A stretch of 64,000 bases of DNA from Antechinus flavipes (Eukaryota), in NCBI RefSeq assembly GCF_016432865.1, contig NC_067402.1, positions 217,682,001-217,746,000 of the forward strand. Direction: 5' to 3'. Below, piece after piece: positions 27,036 to 52,385 of this stretch. Each line of letters starts with the position of its first letter. Positions within the stretch are counted from its first letter, which is position 1. A program made the translations under genes and the position numbers. The notes under the pieces are model-generated. The model was not told the origin of the DNA, ran no database searches, and worked only from the letters and a program-made list of their open reading frames with translations.

Positions 27036-27189
27036 TATCCTGTTTCTTTCACTTGGCTTAATTTTAGCGCCTTCTTTCTTCTCTTTACTGTTTATACATA
27101 GTTGTTTGAAGTTGTCTCTCCCCTTGGTTGTGAGCTACGGGGAAGCAAAGACAGCAGTCTGCCTTTGTTTATATTCCCCAAGGTTTTAG

Positions 27190-27480
27190 AGACACATTTT
27201 TGTTGTTCATTTGTGTCCAACTCTTCATAAGTCCACGTGGGGGCAGGGTTTTTTTTTTTTTTGGCAAAGACACTGGAGTGGTTTGCCATTTCTTTCTCCA
27301 GCTCATTTGACAGATGAGAAAACTGAGGCAAGCAAGGTCAAGTAACTTACCCAGGGTCACACTATTAGTAAACTTACTGAGGCCACATTTAAACTCAGGT
27401 CTTCCTGACTCTAGGCTCTGTGCTCGATCCCCTGAGTCACCTAGCTGCCCTGGTGGGCAAGCGCTACATAAATGCCTCTT
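27190..27480. mobile_element. Mar1/MIR-family SINE, possibly with RTE-derived and L2 tail pieces
   Basis: gacactggagtggtttgccatttc..cagatgagaaaactgaggca..cccagggtcaca..tgactct..cctagctgccc, the CORE-SINE signature. Confidence 0.7.
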
Positions 27481-27957
27481 GATTTGCGCAGCCAGTCAAA
27501 AAAGGAGTCTGCTTTTTGGTTTAGATTCTCTGGAGTAAATGATTTGACTTCTAGCTTTACATCCACGATCCTGTTTCAATGTCTTCAAAGGAAGCTAGTC
27601 TCTGATTAGCCCTCTAACTACACATCCCACAATCCTAGTCGGCACTCTTTCCCCATTACCTCATCTCTTTGCCTCGTTTTTTGCTTGTTTCTCCTTCTCG
27701 GTTGGTGGCGGAGGAAGCGACTGAGAGCCCTCAGTTCTCGCGAGGTCAGCTTCTGCCTCTCTCGGCTCAGCCTACTCCCGGCCGTTCTTTCGCGAGACTT
27801 CGTGCCCCTCAGCCGCCCCTGTCGCCGCATCTGACTAAACCCTGGACTGGGATCCCGACCGGCTTCTTCCGCGGGCAGAGCTTGAGCCTCGGCTCCGGCC
27901 CCGCCGAAGCCCCGGACCCCCCCAGCCCTGTCTTCCCTGCCCTTCTCTGCCACTGTC

Positions 27958-42222
<14,265 letters not shown>

Positions 42223-42553
42223 ACAGAAGTGGGGAAGGGGGGGCAGTCTCTGTTGTGTGTATCCTGTACTTATCAGCTTGAGTATGGCTGTTCTTCCTCC
42301 TTCCTCAATTATAAAAATCCCAGGTCCCCCTCTCCTTGGAAAGGAGAGGACCTCCTGCATGTGGAGTGTATAGCCCGTTGATAACATTAAACAGTGGTGG
42401 TCAAAGGGAAACATCTCCTTTTAGCTCCTGGAGATGGGGGGAGGGGCATAGAAACAGCCATCTTCCTAACCCATGTATAACACTGCTTTACCGGGATGTG
42501 GTGGGAGTAGGGGTACACAGCTGCTCTGTGACTAACTGTACATCTTTCTGATC

Positions 42554-42559
42554 ATTAAA
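42554..42559 (+). terminator. DCTN2 polyadenylation signal (ATTAAA)
   Basis: ATTAAA about 330 nt after the stop, followed by GT-rich sequence. Confidence 0.65.
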
Positions 42560-43646
42560 TGCTGTTGTGCCGTAAGTAGCCTGTGCAGTTTTCTAGCAAC
42601 GTAACTTCACCGAGGGTTAGTCATATCTACCCCTTGTCCAGGAAAACCAATCTGGATGGCAAGAATTCTGGATAGCTTTCCCAGAACAAAGGAAGAGAAG
42701 GAGGAAGGATTTAAATATAAGCTGTTCCCAACAAAGAAATGAGCATGGACCCAAGAGCCAGAGTTTCAAAATATTCTTATCTGTTAAATTAAGAGTGTCT
42801 CCCATAGAAAAGCGGTGGAGGCCCCACAGGGCGAGTACAAAACAGAATTAAAACTCCCGAAGGGTCTTGTCTTTACAAAAGAAAAGGCATGAGGCAGCCC
42901 CTGGACGGCTGGGCATGCTGGCCACTCCGGTTGGACTGCGTTGCATAATCCTTGCGTCAGCGTCATGACAACGTCTCTGAGCATTTTTGATGGGGGAAAG
43001 GGGGCACTGTAGTGTGTGTGGGAAGGGAGGCCTCTTTCCCCCCTTACCCCAGAGGAAAAGGGGAAGGAACCTGGCTTACACCCTGAAATGAGGCTTCCGT
43101 GTGTTTCAAACCATGGGGGTGGGAGTGGGGATGGGGTAGGATCTGTGCTTTGAGGCACCTGAGCCAGAGGGAAAGGGGGCTGGGGGTGGAAGGGAGTGAT
43201 GCTTATTGCTTTGTGCCTTTCGCTGGGAAGGAGGGCAGCAGCCAACAGTGGCTCACAGGTTTGTAAACTGAGCCTGCTGGCTTGGGGAAGAGGGACAATG
43301 AAGTCGAATTAAATATAAAGAGTCATTTGTGCAAAAATAACTTAAGCAAATAAGACCTGGAGAAGGGTATGCTCCCCTTAGTACCTGGGGGGGGAGGTGC
43401 CAAATACCCCCCCAGACCTTATCAGTGACATGGCTTTGGGGTGAGGTGAGCTTCTCTATCCCCTGGAATGGCTCAGGACAAGATTATGGGGGGAGGGAAA
43501 TGCATTTGTGCTTGGGGGCTGGAGGGGGGGGGGGGAGATATACAGCCCCCTACCCACTTCTGTCCACAGGTACAGATGGTTGGCAGGGACTCCCAAGGCT
43601 CAACTCCCCCCAGAGTGGGGATCAGGTCCAGCTCCAGGTATGGCTG

Positions 43647-46600
43647 CTACGGGGCCAATTTCCTCCTCTTGTTCTTGGCAGGACGACCAGGACGGGGCCG
43701 GGGGGGCAAGGGAACAGCCACCTGGACGAATAGAGAAAGGTCACTAGCAGCTGCTAACAAGGCCATCTTTTTTCCTCTATCAAGCCCCTCAGCTGACGCT
43801 TTTCTTCTTCCCCCTCCACCATTTCCTCATTTTCCTACTTACCCCAGCCATGTGGCTAGACTCCAGGGTAATCTGTCGGGAGCTGCTGCTGGTTCGAGAA
43901 GGACTGCAACAAGGAGAATGAGGAGATAAAGTCAATCTCCCAGCAAAAGAGGTGAGGCTGGTGAATTGTGACCATGGCGAAGCAAGGGGACCTGTCTGTA
44001 CTGAGGCATTAAGACTCCCGAGTCATTTAAGTGAACATCCATTCATTTTGGAGACCACGCTATGAAACTCAAAACACAAGTGCAACTGGCCCAAGGCTTG
44101 GAAACAAAAGTCACTGTTGGAGATCAAGCACTTACTTGCTCTTCCTCCTCCTGCCCCTGCGAGACTTTCTAACTCCCCCAGGGGGCACCTGAAAAATTGT
44201 GAGATGGGATTAGGAAAAGGAGTACTTCCATGATCCTTTTTGGCAATTTCCTGAAATTAGGCCCCTTTTTCTCTACTCACCTTGAGCTCATCTGGCTGGG
44301 GCACGGGAGTGGGTAGGTCTTTGGGCTCAGTCCCCCCTTCAGCCAATTCCCCATTATGCTGCCAGTGGGGACCTCGGGGGGACCGTTCCATCTGTCCATT
44401 GAAACCACCTCGTCCTCCCCACCTAAGGGCCAGTCGACTAGGCTCTCTCCGGCTACCAGGCTTTCGGCCCCGGCCTGGTCTAGTCTCCCCATTAATGCCC
44501 CTTGATCCCCCACCTCCCCGCCGTCCCCGCTTTCCTGACCCCCTCCCAGTCAACAACTCAGGAGCTGGAGGGTCAGGGAAACCCTGGGGTGGGGCTAAGG
44601 CACTGAGGGGGGGCCGGGCAGGCTCCGGTTCAACAGTTGGGCTGGGACTCTCAGGGGGCAGGCAGGGAGCTTCTGGTTGCTCAGTGGGGAGCTGCAGAGC
44701 AAAAGAGAAAGTCCAATCAGTCCAAATCACAGCACTGACATTCCTGCTACAACCCACAATAATCCAGGAAGCCAAGTTCTTTGCCTCCTTCCTCCAGAGA
44801 AGAAAACAGAAAGCAACAAATATCCAGAACTCACCTGGAGACTCTGCAACAAGCAGGTCAAGGGGCTGGAAGCCCCAGAGAGAGGTGGGGGGGCACCTCC
44901 CCCAGGGAGGAGCTGGAGCCCAAGCTGGCCAGGGAAAAGAGGGCCTGGAGGGGTCAGCAGGCTGGGAAGGGTCCCAGGGCTGCTAGTCATCGAAGACAAG
45001 TCACCTGAGAATGTACAAAGCAAGTCAGGAGGCCAGCTCTGCAAATGATGCAAACTCAGACCATCCCATGAAGTATTCAGGGGGGTTGAGGTATTTATTG
45101 TAACCTTTAGAAGGCAGTCTCCCCAATGATCACTCTACAAAAGCGGGCACCACTTTTGAAATCTCTGCTCCTTGGACTTACCCAGCAGGCTGGCGCTCAG
45201 CAGAGGGCTGAGGAGTGGGGGGGTTCTCCCTGAGGTGGAAGGGGCCTTGCCCAGAGAGGAGGCCCCGGGGTCAGTAGTTGCCGTGGTGACGCTGGAGGTA
45301 GGTGGTCCAGGTTGAGGGGTGCTCAGAACACAGGGCTGAGACAAAAGAGACATGGGTCACAAAAAGCCAAGATCCAGGGATTCCAGGAACAGCAGCAGCA
45401 GTAGCAGCACTATTCCCACTTCCACTCAAACCCCTATCATCCTCTGGGGAATTATTTATCTAGGAAAATGAACACCTCCCTCTCTCCTGCATTCCATCCC
45501 CTCATAGCACCTACTGCTTTTCTTTCCTCATCCTTACCTGGGAAGGGTTCCCTGCAGGGGAGTCCAGGCTGGCAGCCAGCAGCGCAGAATTTAAAGCTAT
45601 GAGGGCAGGTGGGGCTGAGAGGGGGGGAAACAGCAGGGGGGGCAGGTCTCCCAAACCTGGAAATGACTCCCCACTTGGACCCCCAGCCACCTCCCCAGGT
45701 CCTTCCCCATCCCCTGATGGAGGACCCAAAGCCAGTAGGGGTAGAAGTGAGGCAAGGAGATTGCTGGGAGGGGCTGGAGCAGGGGGGAGTAGGTCCGAGG
45801 AGGGTGGTGGGAGCAAGGAAGCCACCAAAAGTGATGGTCCCTCAGGGTCACCGGGGGCCAGGGGAGGGCCTGGACCCCCAGGAGGAGGCAGGAAGGGCTC
45901 AGGGGGAGGCTGCCCCCCACCCCCAGCCAACACACCCAACAAACTGTGGCTAAGCAATGGAGGGGGAGGAGGCTGCCCCAAACTCAAGGGAAGAGGCAGG
46001 GCCCCAAGCAGTCCTGGAAAGCCTGCTCCACCCAATGCCAAGCCCTGCTCTGGGCTGGGAAAGGGGAAGGCCTCCCCTCCACCAAGGGAAGGAAGAGGGC
46101 AGCTTGGACCCATCCCTTCAGGGGTGCTTCGAAGGACAGGGCTGGGAACCGGGGGGGCTTTGGTGGCGGCTGGAGGGGCAGGGGCACCTGAGGGGAAAAA
46201 AAGAGCAAAGAGTCAGAAAAGAGAAAAGAAAACCCCACCCTATTACCCAGGGAAAACAGCCTCTCTGTCCAATTTCAACCCAAACAACATGGAAGGAGTT
46301 CCCCTCTAAGCTTCAACCCAAACACCTGGGGTGGCTGATCTGCCCCAACCCAGTCACTCATGGGGAGAGAAAGCTGCTTCATAACATCCATGTACCTGGC
46401 ATGCTGCTGAGGCTGCCACTGCTAGTCCCAGGTAAGGAGGGCTGGATGGGGTGCATGGGTTGGGGGGGGCTCCCTGAGGAGAGGGGAAGGGTTGGGGGAA
46501 GGGGCACATCAGACCCCGAAAGGTTAAAGCTTCCATCGGAATGGGGAGGGGTGGAGAGTCCCAGCAGGGATAGCACAGAGGGAAGGATTGGGTTAGATGG

Positions 46601-48514
46601 TTCAGAGTGAGGGAAAGATGGTGGGGCAGGGGCACGAGGGCGGGTCCTCCGGGGTATCAAAGGCCCTCCCCCTTCTAGCAATCGAAGAACTGTTGGAGGC
46701 CTGCGGGGGCGGCGTTGGGAACGGGGTGAGGGCTGATGGGGAGGAGGAGGCGCCTGGGCTCGAAGCCTTCGGCCCTGTAAAGTGCTGGGGGGAGGCAGTG
46801 AGGGGCGCTGTGCCTTGGCTGCTGCAGAGAGTAGGCTGCTGGCGAGGAATGGGGGTGCCCCAGTCCCCTCTACCATGGGACCCCCTCCCAGAGGCCCCAG
46901 GACCAAGGGCAAGGGCAGGTGCATAGAGGCTGAAGACACTGGTGGCTGAGTGGGGGGTCCACAAGAGCCAGGGAGATTATTGCTTGGAGGCAGGGGAGAG
47001 GGCGTTAAGGCATCACTGCAGTGGAAAGGGGGATCCAGAGGGTGCTCGCCACTCCCCGTGGGTGGTGAAGAGGAAATAAGGGGTGCAGGAGGAGAACCTA
47101 GATCCGGAGGGACCAGGCTGGGTCTGAGGGCAGTCCCCCAGATGTATGGGGAGGCATTGAGACTGACAGCAGGGGGTGGGGGTGGGGCTGGGGAGGGGGC
47201 ATTGCCCCTTGGGAGGAAGCAGGGACTGTTGCTGCCCCCTGGGGTACCTGGGTCAGGGGGCCTTGGGGGTGGAAAGACACCCCCAGGGCCTGATAAAGGG
47301 GGAAAGGGCTGAGGAGATGCAGAGAGTGGCTCTGGGGGTAGAGTACAGGGTCCCCCATTAAGTGGGGCTATGGGAGGGGCTCGGCAAGGGGGATGGGCAG
47401 TCGGGGGACCTGGGGACACAGTGTGGAACAGTTGGGGGCTTGCTCCCCCTCCTGCAACAGATCAGAAATAAGAGGGTCAAAGCCAGGAACCTCTTCGTTG
47501 GAGAACTTCTCATTCCTCAGTTCCACCTCTATCAGGTCTCCCCCTGCCTGACCCCTGCTCTCATTCCAGCCCCCCATCCGTAGCAGCCCCACTCCATTCA
47601 TGCCTATCTTCCCCATATCCTCTCTGCTCAGCCCTCCCAGCCTTGGAAGCACCCTCCCCTGGCTCCTTCACCCAGGTTCCAAGGCTCCCTCTAATCCCCC
47701 CCTTTCTCTCACCAGGGGAGGGGTGTGAACAGGTGGTCTCCATGCTTCTGTATAGCGTTGCCATGGCGACAGCTTTCCGCCTGTGGTTGCACAGCTTGGT
47801 CATGTCCTCCTCAGCTGCCGGCCCCACCCCTGCCCCGCCCGGGGTCACCAGGGCCAAGGGGTCAAAGTTGAAAACCTATACGGCAGAGGGTATGGACAGG
47901 CTGAGGAAGCAGAGCTGGTGGGATGGTTGCCAGACTTGTGACTCTTGGGAAAGGTTTTGGGCTTGCTCCACACTCCCCCACCTTGGCTAACCCTCATGGT
48001 GCTGACCTTTGGGACATTGAGTGGACACTCCAGGCCGCACTTGCAGGTCCCATCACTGAGGAGGTAGCTCCGGGTTTGCTCCAGGGAAGACAGCTCTGTG
48101 CCACTTGGACTGGGGAGGAATAGGGTCAGGAAGGATGGGATTAGGGGGCACAAGGTCAGCAAGTACTCCCAAGGGGCAGAGCTACTTAAGCCAATTCCAA
48201 GATCCTCCTGGGTGGGGCAGCATAATCTAAGAGGAGGGCTGAGTGGGGGAGGGGGTCGGGGGGAACTTCGACGGATGCAGGAGCGGGGCTCAGAGGGGTG
48301 GCTGGGCTGCTCGGGCTCTGAGCTGTGAGTGAACGGATTGGAGAAAAATATCGAACAGGAAAGGCAGGGAGGAAAGCACCGGGTCGTGGGAAGGTCCATA
48401 CCTGACATAGAGCACGGCACCCTCCCGCACACAGCGCTGCCAGCCAATAGGGACAGGGGAGGCCCCAGGGCCCCCAGCTCTGTCTGCTTCGCTGCTCTCA
48501 TTGCCCCCATTCAT
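43647..48514 (-). CDS. MBD6: Methyl-CpG-binding domain protein 6 (PR-DUB-associated, Pro-rich), 1002 aa
   Basis: Coding exons on minus: 48402-48514, 48007-48109, 47713-47875, 46396-47451, 45538-46187, 45182-45335, 44835-45004, 44281-44691, 44136-44188, 43843-43903, 43647-43721 (TAG). Sum is 3009 nt. N-terminus [35 protein letters not shown] region [32 protein letters not shown]-terminus [15 protein letters not shown]. Confidence 0.96.
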
Positions 48515-48741
48515 TGTGTGCGCTCAGCTCCCATTCGCCTGACAACACAGACACTCTGGTGGGCACTGGCAGAAGGGCAGGGAGGGACACAGGACAGGGC
48601 ATGAGGGAAGACTTGGCCAGAAAAGGGAGAAACCAGGGCGAGTCGCATGCCTACATGGGCCTAGGCAACCCCTAGGAAGAGCCCCGGGGCAGTCAGAGCA
48701 TGGGGAAGGAGAGCAGGGGAATGCCCGCGGTGCTCGGCTAC

Positions 48742-48803
48742 CTGAACATCTCTGCAAACATGGTGGTGTCCAGTCCAAGCCGGGCCTCCGGCTTAGCCCA
48801 CAC
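48742..48803 (-). other. MBD6: Putative MBD6 5'-UTR exon 2 (62 nt)
   Basis: On minus: tgtgttgcag|GTGTGGGCTAAG...ATGTTCAG|gtagcc, a good acceptor and usable donor between the CpG-island first exon (donor gtgagt after 49701) and the ATG exon. Not confirmed by transcripts. Confidence 0.6.
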
Positions 48804-49700
48804 CTGCAACACAGGGCATGGGGGCCTGTCAGTAGATGACAGCTCCCGACACTCTCCCCGGAGGTCACTGAAGACCTCTGTCAGGGACTCGGAGAGCTTC
48901 CCCAGGGCCCGACCTGGGGGTCTTCGGATCGGAGCCCTCAGCCCCAGAGGGTGGCAAGACCACCACAAAGCGGCGTGCCAGCACCCACCACGATCTCCTC
49001 TTCCAAGCGGACCTCCGTTTACCCCGCAGATCACCAGGATTTAAGTGCCCCAAAGCCCTCTGGGGGGAGCTCCCTTCGTGTCCCTGAGGCCACCCGACGT
49101 TTCCCCCAACACACTTGGGAGGAGAGGCGTCTCCATCCCCCTCCCCTTTCGTGGCGGCTTCAGGGTTCCTGCATTTTCCCCACCCTGAGTTTCGATGGAG
49201 GACACAGCAGGCGAGGAGGGCCCCGGGGCTCCGCCGGCCTCCCTCGACACTCTGACGGCCTTTCCCGAAGCCCCCCGGCGCCCCTGTCACCCCGCGCCGC
49301 CGGCCCGCCTCGGCCCGGGGACGCGAGGTTGGCGAGTAGGAAGGAACTTGGGGGGAGGGTGGAGGGGTGAGCGCCGTGTCGGGAGGAGGAGGAAGGAGGC
49401 GGCGCAGGAGGCAGGAGACAGACCCAGAGGTAGGTGGCGGGGGAGGGGGAGGGGAGGGCGAAGAAGGAGGAGGAGGAGGGGAGGAGGAAGGGAGGAGAAG
49501 GGAGGGAGCAGGTGAGAGGAAGCGGCGCGGGGATGGGGACCGAGGAGAGGCGAAGGGGAGAAAAGGGGAGTAGGGAGGAAGCAGGGACGGAGAGAGGGAG
49601 GGAGGGAGGGCAGAGCGGGGGGAGGGGGGAAGGAAGAAGCCGAGGAGGGAGGGGGCAGAAGGGGAGGGGGAGGGGCGGGGGGCCGGGCCCCCGCACTCAC

Positions 49701-49937
49701 CGCGGCCCATAGTGCCGGCCGGCCCCGCCCTGCGCAGTCGCGGCCCGGTGGGTGAGTGTGAGGGGGTGGGGGTAGGGGGTCGGTGTAGCCCGAGCCTCCG
49801 GCCAGTCCTAGCAGGAAGCACCGCCGCTGCCGCGGATCACCGAGCGGCCTCCCGCGCATGCGCCATAGGGGCCAGGGGCAGCCCTGGGGATTCCGTTCCC
49901 AGAAGGCCCCGCGCGGGTCGCCGCTCCGCCGCCGTCG

Positions 49938-49972
<35 letters not shown>

Positions 49973-50060
49973 CGGACGGGAGAGGGGCGGGGTCAGGCCC
50001 CCCACCCCGCGGTCCGCGACGAACCAACGGGAGGGGCTGCAGTGCGCATGCGGACACGCG
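49701..50060 (-). promoter_or_regulatory. MBD6: MBD6 CpG-island promoter and putative first exon
   Basis: CpG-dense region about 49000-50450. NRF1-type GCGCATGCGC at 49854-49863 and TGCGCATGCG at 50043-50052. Donor CG|gtgagt at 49701/49700. TSS position is inferred. Confidence 0.65.
49928..49972. repeat. Interrupted (GCC/CGG)n trinucleotide repeat at the MBD6 5' end
   Basis: gccgccgtcgccgccaccgccgccgcc..., about 15 triplets with 2 interruptions. Confidence 0.9.
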
Positions 50061-51972
50061 CCTGCGCCGCCCTCCCCCCCATCAATCCCCCGGGGAACAA
50101 ACCCGTCCCTCCTCCCCGCGGGGATCTGAGCTAATTCCCGGTCCACCAATGACCTCTCCGAGTCCCCTTCCCCTTCTCCCCCCCCGACCCCGACCGGCCA
50201 AGGAGAGAGAAAGTGCCGGAACCCCCAGCGCCTCTTGAAGAGGAGGCGCGGTACGGGATGGACCAGGAGTCCGAGGATCTGAGTGCGAATCTCAACTTAG
50301 CTACTGTCTCCACCGAGGCGACCTAGGGTCTGTCAGGCTACCTCTCTGATCCTCCCCTAAAAAGGAGAGGGATGGGCGGCTCTTAATCCCATGTCTCCCA
50401 GGACCTTCCTCCGCCTGTCACGACCCAGGGTTCAAGGCCTTTTCCGGGATGACAGCTCAGCCTGTCATCTAAGGCAAGATCCTCGGCCGGCCATGAGATA
50501 CAAGCCGGCCCAAGCTTATCCCAGCACACCTGTCCCTTGCTCGAATGACAGCTTGGGCCGCATCATCTCAGGAACACAGGCCCCGCGCTTTACAATGATG
50601 GCACGAGTCAATTCTTCCCTCTTTATCTAGTGCTCCAGCAATGCCTTTGAATCAGCTCCATTCTCGTTTTCCTCATTTTACAGATGGGAAAACTGAGGCA
50701 CCCAGAGCTTAAGTAGTGTGGGCAGTGCCTGGCGCTGCTCACACCCAGGCCATCCTTCAAATAGACTCTGGCCAAACTAATCTCCTTTATCTGGACGCAT
50801 CACTTTTTTTTTTTTTTTAATATCCTCCTTCATGAAAAGAAATTAGCATCCATAAAGGATGCTACTCCCTTGTCTGACCTCACTACTTTTTCCATCTTTA
50901 GCTCTTCAAAGGTCATTAATCAGGATAGTGAAGCTCCTCTCTACATACTTCGGACCAGAGAGCTTCTAATGTTCTGAAACATTTCTTCCTTCCTCTCTTC
51001 ACTTAACTGGATTCCCAGCCCATCTTTTACAGTCCTAACTGCAGGAAGAATTCTCACGTCCGAACCTCAGCGGAAGAATAAACGTCGTGCCTTTGTCACT
51101 TTAAAAAAAAATCATATACAATATCGTATATCATTTTTGTATCTATATCTTATCCTCTTTCTAGAATGTAAGATTCATGAGCAAAAGGACCGGGGCTTTT
51201 CTCCCCAGGAACTTGGCAGTGCATCGAACCCAACGGGCATTTAATGTTAAAGAACATTAAAAATTACTTTCAATAAACTTGTATTATAATGTTCAACTTA
51301 TTGGGGTGCAAAATCACTGTGTCCTACAACTTCTTGAAATCGTTACTGATTACTGGATTATAAACAATTTATCTTTCCTCCATAAGTATGGTTAATAGCC
51401 AATCTGCTGAAGGAGCATCCCACGCTGCCTCAAGTCCCCGTGGTCCAAGGGGAGAGAAGTCCAAACGGATAAGGACGATCCGAGCTAGGGACAGAAATCT
51501 TGAGGTGCTGCGCTGCTTGCAAGATCCCAAAATACGTTTGCTTTTGTTGGGGATTGGGGAGGGTGTGTGCAATTGTGGGAATACATCGCACTCAGTAGTG
51601 AGTTGGAAAACCGTGACAGCCCTGGGGATCGGAGCTGGGATTCTTGACATCCTAGTCCTCTCCCTGCTCTCACACAACCCATTTTACAGAGGAGCAAAAG
51701 GAGGCTTAGAAGGTAAAAGGTGAGAACTAAGACTTGGGGCCGGAGCGCGTCCAGGCCTCCGTCTGCTCCAAGATGCCCCGTCTGGGGGAAGTGGAGGAGA
51801 TCGAGAAGGCCCCCCTGCCATGCCGGGGCATTCGCAGGGCCCAGGGTGGGGCGGTTGGCCGCTTCTGGCAGTTGTGAGCCCGCGGCTCCAGGCCTCTCCG
51901 GCTCCCGCCTCCTACAGCTCTCCACAGGCCGTGCGCGTGCGCGTGCGCGCGCGAAGGCACCGGTTGCCAAAC

Positions 51973-51981
51973 ATTGCATCA
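51973..51981 (+). promoter_or_regulatory. DDIT3 amino-acid response element (C/EBP-ATF composite)
   Basis: aaacATTGCATCAtctccgc, near-identical to the human CHOP AARE context as recalled, about 370 nt upstream of exon 1. Confidence 0.9.
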
Positions 51982-52106
51982 TCTCCGCCCTCCTTTCCTC
52001 GCTTACTCCATCTCCCTCCCTCTCCCAGCCTCATACCCCTCCTCCCTCTCCCTCCATTCCTCTCTTCTCCTCCCAGTTCGAGCTCGTGCGCGCGCGCGCA
52101 CTCGTA

Positions 52107-52113
52107 TGACTCA
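52107..52113 (+). promoter_or_regulatory. AP-1 site of the DDIT3 promoter
   Basis: TGACTCA between the AARE and ERSE, the same order as in mammalian CHOP promoters. Confidence 0.75.
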
Positions 52114-52255
52114 CACATCTCCCCAAAGCCTCGTGACCCTAAGCCACTTCCGGGTACAACGCGACTTCTATCCCCTCACTGAGGGGGGCTGGAGAGGAGG
52201 GCCCTAGGAGCTCCTGAGTGGTGGAGGCCAGGGGGCGGGGCGGGGCCGAAGCTGG

Positions 52256-52274
52256 CGTGCCGCTCGCCTATTGG
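52256..52274 (-). promoter_or_regulatory. ER stress response element (ERSE) of DDIT3
   Basis: Plus strand CGTGC-cgctcgcct-ATTGG equals CCAAT-N9-GCACG on minus, with exact 9-nt spacing. Flanked by GC boxes at 52232-52245 and a TATA-like TTTAAAA near 52323. Confidence 0.88.
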
Positions 52275-52385
52275 GTTGAGTCTTGAGATCCCGCCCCTCT
52301 TCAGGGAAGAGGGTAGGACCGCTTTAAAAAGCTTGGACCAAAGGCCTACCCGAGGTCAGACGCTTGAGTACCAGACAAAGGATAG

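Noticed and set aside
44257-52207. Many long ORFs on both strands across MBD6 and the CpG islands (for example 48865-49821, 49287-50057, 45599-46309, 44282-44986)
   Set aside because: Low-complexity products expected from GC-rich, stop-poor DNA or antisense to Pro-rich MBD6 exons; no recognisable domains.
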